A stretch of DNA of 29,953 bases. Source: an uncultured Alphaproteobacteria bacterium. GTDB lineage: Bacteria; Pseudomonadota; Alphaproteobacteria; Rhodobacterales; Rhodobacteraceae. Below, piece by piece: positions 27,208-29,953 of the stretch. The position numbers and the translations under genes were made by a program. The number at the start of each line of letters is the position of its first letter. The stretch's first letter is position 1. Where the stretch lies: contig CAVPWP010000018.1 in NCBI GenBank assembly GCA_963709395.1, forward strand, positions 1-29,953, read 5' to 3'. Under the pieces are notes generated by a model, which saw nothing but the letters and a program-made list of their open reading frames with translations, was not told the origin of the DNA and made no database searches.

Positions 27208-28171
27208 ATGTCACCTGACGGACTGAGCACGGCCACCTCGACCCCGGCGTGGCAGGGCGCGGGGCCCGATCATGTCGTGATCCTGCTGGCGCTCTTCAAC
27301 GGTGCGGCGCAGCTTCGCGAACAGCTCGACAGCCTTGCGACCAGACCCACGGCGCTTGGTCGCTGATCGTCAGCGACGACGGATCGACCGACGACGGCGC
27401 CGAGGTCCTGCGCCGTTTCGCGGCCGACCATCCGGATCGGGCGATCACGCTGATCCCCGGCCCTCGCATGGGTTTCGCGCAGAACTTCCTCCACCTCCTT
27501 CGCGCCGCGGACGCCGAGGCGGACTTCGTGTCGTTCTGCGATCAGGACGACGTGTGGATGACCGACAAGACCGCCCGCGCGGTCGCGGCGCTCCAGGCCG
27601 TCGGCGCAGAGGTCCCCGCGCTCTACTGCGGGCGGACGCTTCACTGCGACGAGGCGCTCCGGCCCCTGCGCCCTTCGCCCCTCTTCACGCGGCCACCGTC
27701 GTTCCGGAACGCGCTTGTCCAGAACATCGGCGGCGGCAACACCATCGTCCTGAACCACGCGGCCTTCCGGATGCTCGCGGCGGCGAGCACGCGGGTCGAG
27801 GCGGTCGTCTCGCACGACTGGTGGATGTACCAGCTTGTCTCGGGATCGGGCGGTATCGTGATCTACGACCGCGAGCCCGGCCTTCTCTATCGCCAGCACG
27901 ACGGAAACGCGGTCGGCGCGAATGGGACGGCGAAGACCGCCGCACAGCGGTTCCTGCGGGTGATGCAGGGGCGCTTCCGCGACTGGAACGACCAGAACGT
28001 CGCGGCCCTGTCGGCGAACGAGGACCTCCTGACGCGCGAGAGCCGCGCATGCTCGACACCTTTCGGCAGGCACGCCGCGCGGCGCTGCTTCGACGCCTTC
28101 GCCTTCTCGCAAGGCTCGGGCTGCATCGCCAGACCGTCGCGACAACCTCGCCTTCTGGTTCGCGGTGGTGA
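27208..28171 (+). pseudogene. Family-2 glycosyltransferase (rhamnosyltransferase-like GT2 fold), read through three frames. ATG 27208 gives MSPDG…HVVILLALFNGAAQLREQLDSLA. A shift near 27345 leads to …DQTHGAWSLIVSDDGSTDDG…DWWMYQLV…ANEDLLTRESRA. A shift near 28045 leads to MLDTFRQARRAALLRRLRLLARLGLHRQT… and a stop at 28169-28171.
   Basis: A GGGGGAGG RBS lies 7 nt before ATG 27208. GT2 motifs (SDDGS, DQDD, DWWMY) and a characteristic C-terminal region are each found in a different frame, in the right order. Confidence 0.65.
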
Positions 28172-28352
28172 CCGGCCGGATCTGAACGGGCGGCAGCAGC
28201 GCTTCCTTGTGTCCGGCCCTGCCAGATGGCAGGGTCGACAGCGGAAAAACCGCCGGGCGGAGTGTCGACCCGAAGTGCTGGAACTCGCCCGACGCACCGC
28301 GACGGTCTACCGCCGCTTCAGACGGCATCGCCTGCGGATCGTGCTGGGGCCG

Positions 28353-29932
28353 GTGCCGGTTCAGGGGCCTGCCGGGGCAACGGCAGGTTACCTTGATCGC
28401 GTCGCCTTCTCCCCAGGCATCGACGTCGCGGGATGGACCCGGACGCCGGCGATCCGGCTGTCCTGCGGTACGGCGCACGGCTCGTGCCTGCCCTTCCCCG
28501 ACCGGATGTTCCCGACGCCCCGCCGGGTCCGGGACGGGGCTTCACTACCCACCTTACCGCCGGCGACGGCCCGCTGTCGAATCGAGGTCGAGGTGGACGG
28601 AGAGCCTGCCGTCACGACGCTGCGCCCGCCGGGCCGCCGGCCGCGATCCGGGCCGAGGCGCGCGTGGCCTGGCTCTTCCTGTCGCTTCTCGTTCAACAGA
28701 TACCGAACCTTCGCGCCTATCTCGTCGATGGCAGTCAGGACGCGGGCAATGCACTCCGCGCTCTGACGGGTCTTTTTGGCGACGACGCCTGCGCGTGCTG
28801 TCCCCCGACCTGTTCGGCGAGCGGGTCGAAGCGCGTCCGCCGGATCGATCCGTCGTGGTGGTCCTGCCGGTGCATGGCGGAACCGAGATGGTCGGGACAC
28901 TCCTCGCCCGTCTGGCGACGGAGCCAGTACCGGTTCCGGGTCGTGATCGTCGACGACGCTTCGCCCGAGCCCGGGATGCTGCCGATGCTTCGCGCCGTCC
29001 CGACACTCATCCCGACCGTTTCGAACTGATCGAGTGCGCCGAGAACGCGGGTTTCGTCGCGGCGGTCAATCTCGGGCTCGCGCGTGCCACGGCGCTGAGG
29101 CGGGCACGCCGTCATCCTGAACTCGGACGCCCTGCCGCCGCCGGGTTGGCTCGACCGGCTTCTCGCCCCGATCCAGCGGGACGCGACGATCGCGAGCGTC
29201 ACCCCCTTTTCGAACGACGCCGAGATCCTGTCCGTCCCCGACATCGGACGTCGCTCGTGATCGGTCTGGAGGTCGGGGAGGCCGATCGACGAGGCGCGCG
29301 ACGCTTCCGGCCCGACCGGGCCGAGATCCCCGTGCCGGTGGGCATCGGCTTCTGCATGGCGATGAACCGTGCTCGCGGCGCCCAGGCATTCGACCCCGCC
29401 TTCGGCCGCGGCTACGGCGAGGAAGTCGACTGGTGCCGCAAGGCGAGCGCCCTTGGCGGCCGCCATGTCGGCCTCGCCTGCCTTTTCGTCCATCACATCG
29501 GCGGCGCGAGTTTCGGCAGCGCCGAGAAGGAGGCGCGAGTGCCGGAACAACGCCCTCGTCGCCCGTCGCCATCCGGCGCACGACTCCGAGGTCCAGCGGT
29601 TTCTCGAAGAGGACCCCGCCTTCGACCACCGCTTCGCGCTGGCGCTGGCGCATGCCGGCGCCGAGACCGACAAGGCAGTCCGAGTTATCGGTGGCACACA
29701 GCCTTGGTCGGCGGGGCTGAAACATGGTCGCAATACCATCTGGGAGGAGCGGCGTGCGGCGGCGAAAGCACGGTCGTCCTTCGGGTGGCGGCCCTTGCGC
29801 TGGCGCATCGAACTGCACAGACCCGACGGGACGATGGGTGCCGACTCGGAGGGAGGATGTCGTGGCGACCTGTCGATGCTGCTGTGCCGCACCGTCGCAT
29901 CCGCGGGTCGGGACGCGGATCCAAGGGCCTAG
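28353..29932 (+). pseudogene. Second glycosyltransferase coding region, possibly a further domain of the same large protein. It has an N-terminal '…DVAGW-DPDAGDPAV…RPDV' beta-sandwich-like domain and a C-terminal GT2 domain. At least 6 frame changes were detected (near 28430, 28925, 29000, 29098, 29257 and 29540). Both boundaries are uncertain.
   Basis: Homology-bearing segments in successive frames: GYLDRVAFSPGIDVAGW, MDPDAGDPAVLRYGARLV…, RSVVVVLPVHGGTEMVGTLLARLATEP, YRFRVVIVDDASPEPGMLPMLRAV, HPDRFELIECAENAGFVAAVNLGLARATAL, GGHAVILNSDALPPPGWLDRLLAPIQRDATIASVTPFSNDAEILSVPDIG, …EIPVPVGIGFCMAMNR…FGRGYGEEVDWCRKASALGGRHVGLACLFVHHIGGASFG, RNNALVARRHPAHDSEVQRFLEEDPAFDHRF…. Confidence 0.5.
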
Positions 29933-29953
29933 GCTTCGTCGATGGACAGTTGC

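Noticed and set aside
25245-28478. ORFs 25245..26339 (+), 26281..27162 (-) and 27270..28478 (-)
   Set aside because: Antisense to kpsE, kpsM and the GT2 gene respectively. No homology.
1-29953. Search for CRISPR arrays, rRNA, insertion-sequence terminal inverted repeats and long tandem repeats
   Set aside because: No regularly spaced repeats, no rRNA-like conserved blocks and no transposase homology seen. The only repeat structures are the short ones reported above.

Overview
High-GC (about 65-67%) chromosomal segment, most likely from an alphaproteobacterium. A Rhodobacterales-like origin is an inference from gene content, codon usage and a type-A RNase P RNA. The window is gene-dense and mostly housekeeping. 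On the minus strand: a BI-1/YccA membrane protein, rpmG, a TerB-like DUF533 protein, RNase P RNA (rnpB, absent from the ORF track), ampD, gatC-gatA and a ceramidase-like membrane protein. On the plus strand: an MBL-fold hydrolase, a hydroxypyruvate-isomerase-like TIM-barrel protein, an RluB-like pseudouridine synthase, a small membrane protein-xpaC-like-telA-lipoprotein-lctP run, an SPFH protein-cytochrome b561-zinc-ribbon protein cluster, a PfkB kinase, dtd and deoA. tadA lies convergent to the isomerase-like gene. The last 8 kb is a capsule (group-2-like kps) locus. It holds kpsE-kpsT-exbB-exbD-exbD-DMT transporter on the minus strand, all start/stop-coupled. Divergent from it are kpsM and about 2.7 kb of family-2 glycosyltransferase coding sequence on the plus strand. 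The most striking property of the sequence itself is the number of frame disruptions: at least 17 positions where clearly recognisable protein homology jumps reading frame. They are concentrated in the capsule glycosyltransferase region and kpsE, with single events in a spermidine-synthase-like gene, a GNAT, a lipoprotein, the MBL hydrolase, the xpaC-like gene, the SPFH gene and exbD. About 20 kb of other genes are intact. Either the assembly is indel-prone or this is a genuinely decaying capsule locus; both readings are noted. At the left edge there is a C-terminal remnant of a tyrosine recombinase with an in-frame stop. No CRISPR, rRNA or tRNA was found. The large arginine-rich ORFs antisense to real genes are high-GC artefacts.
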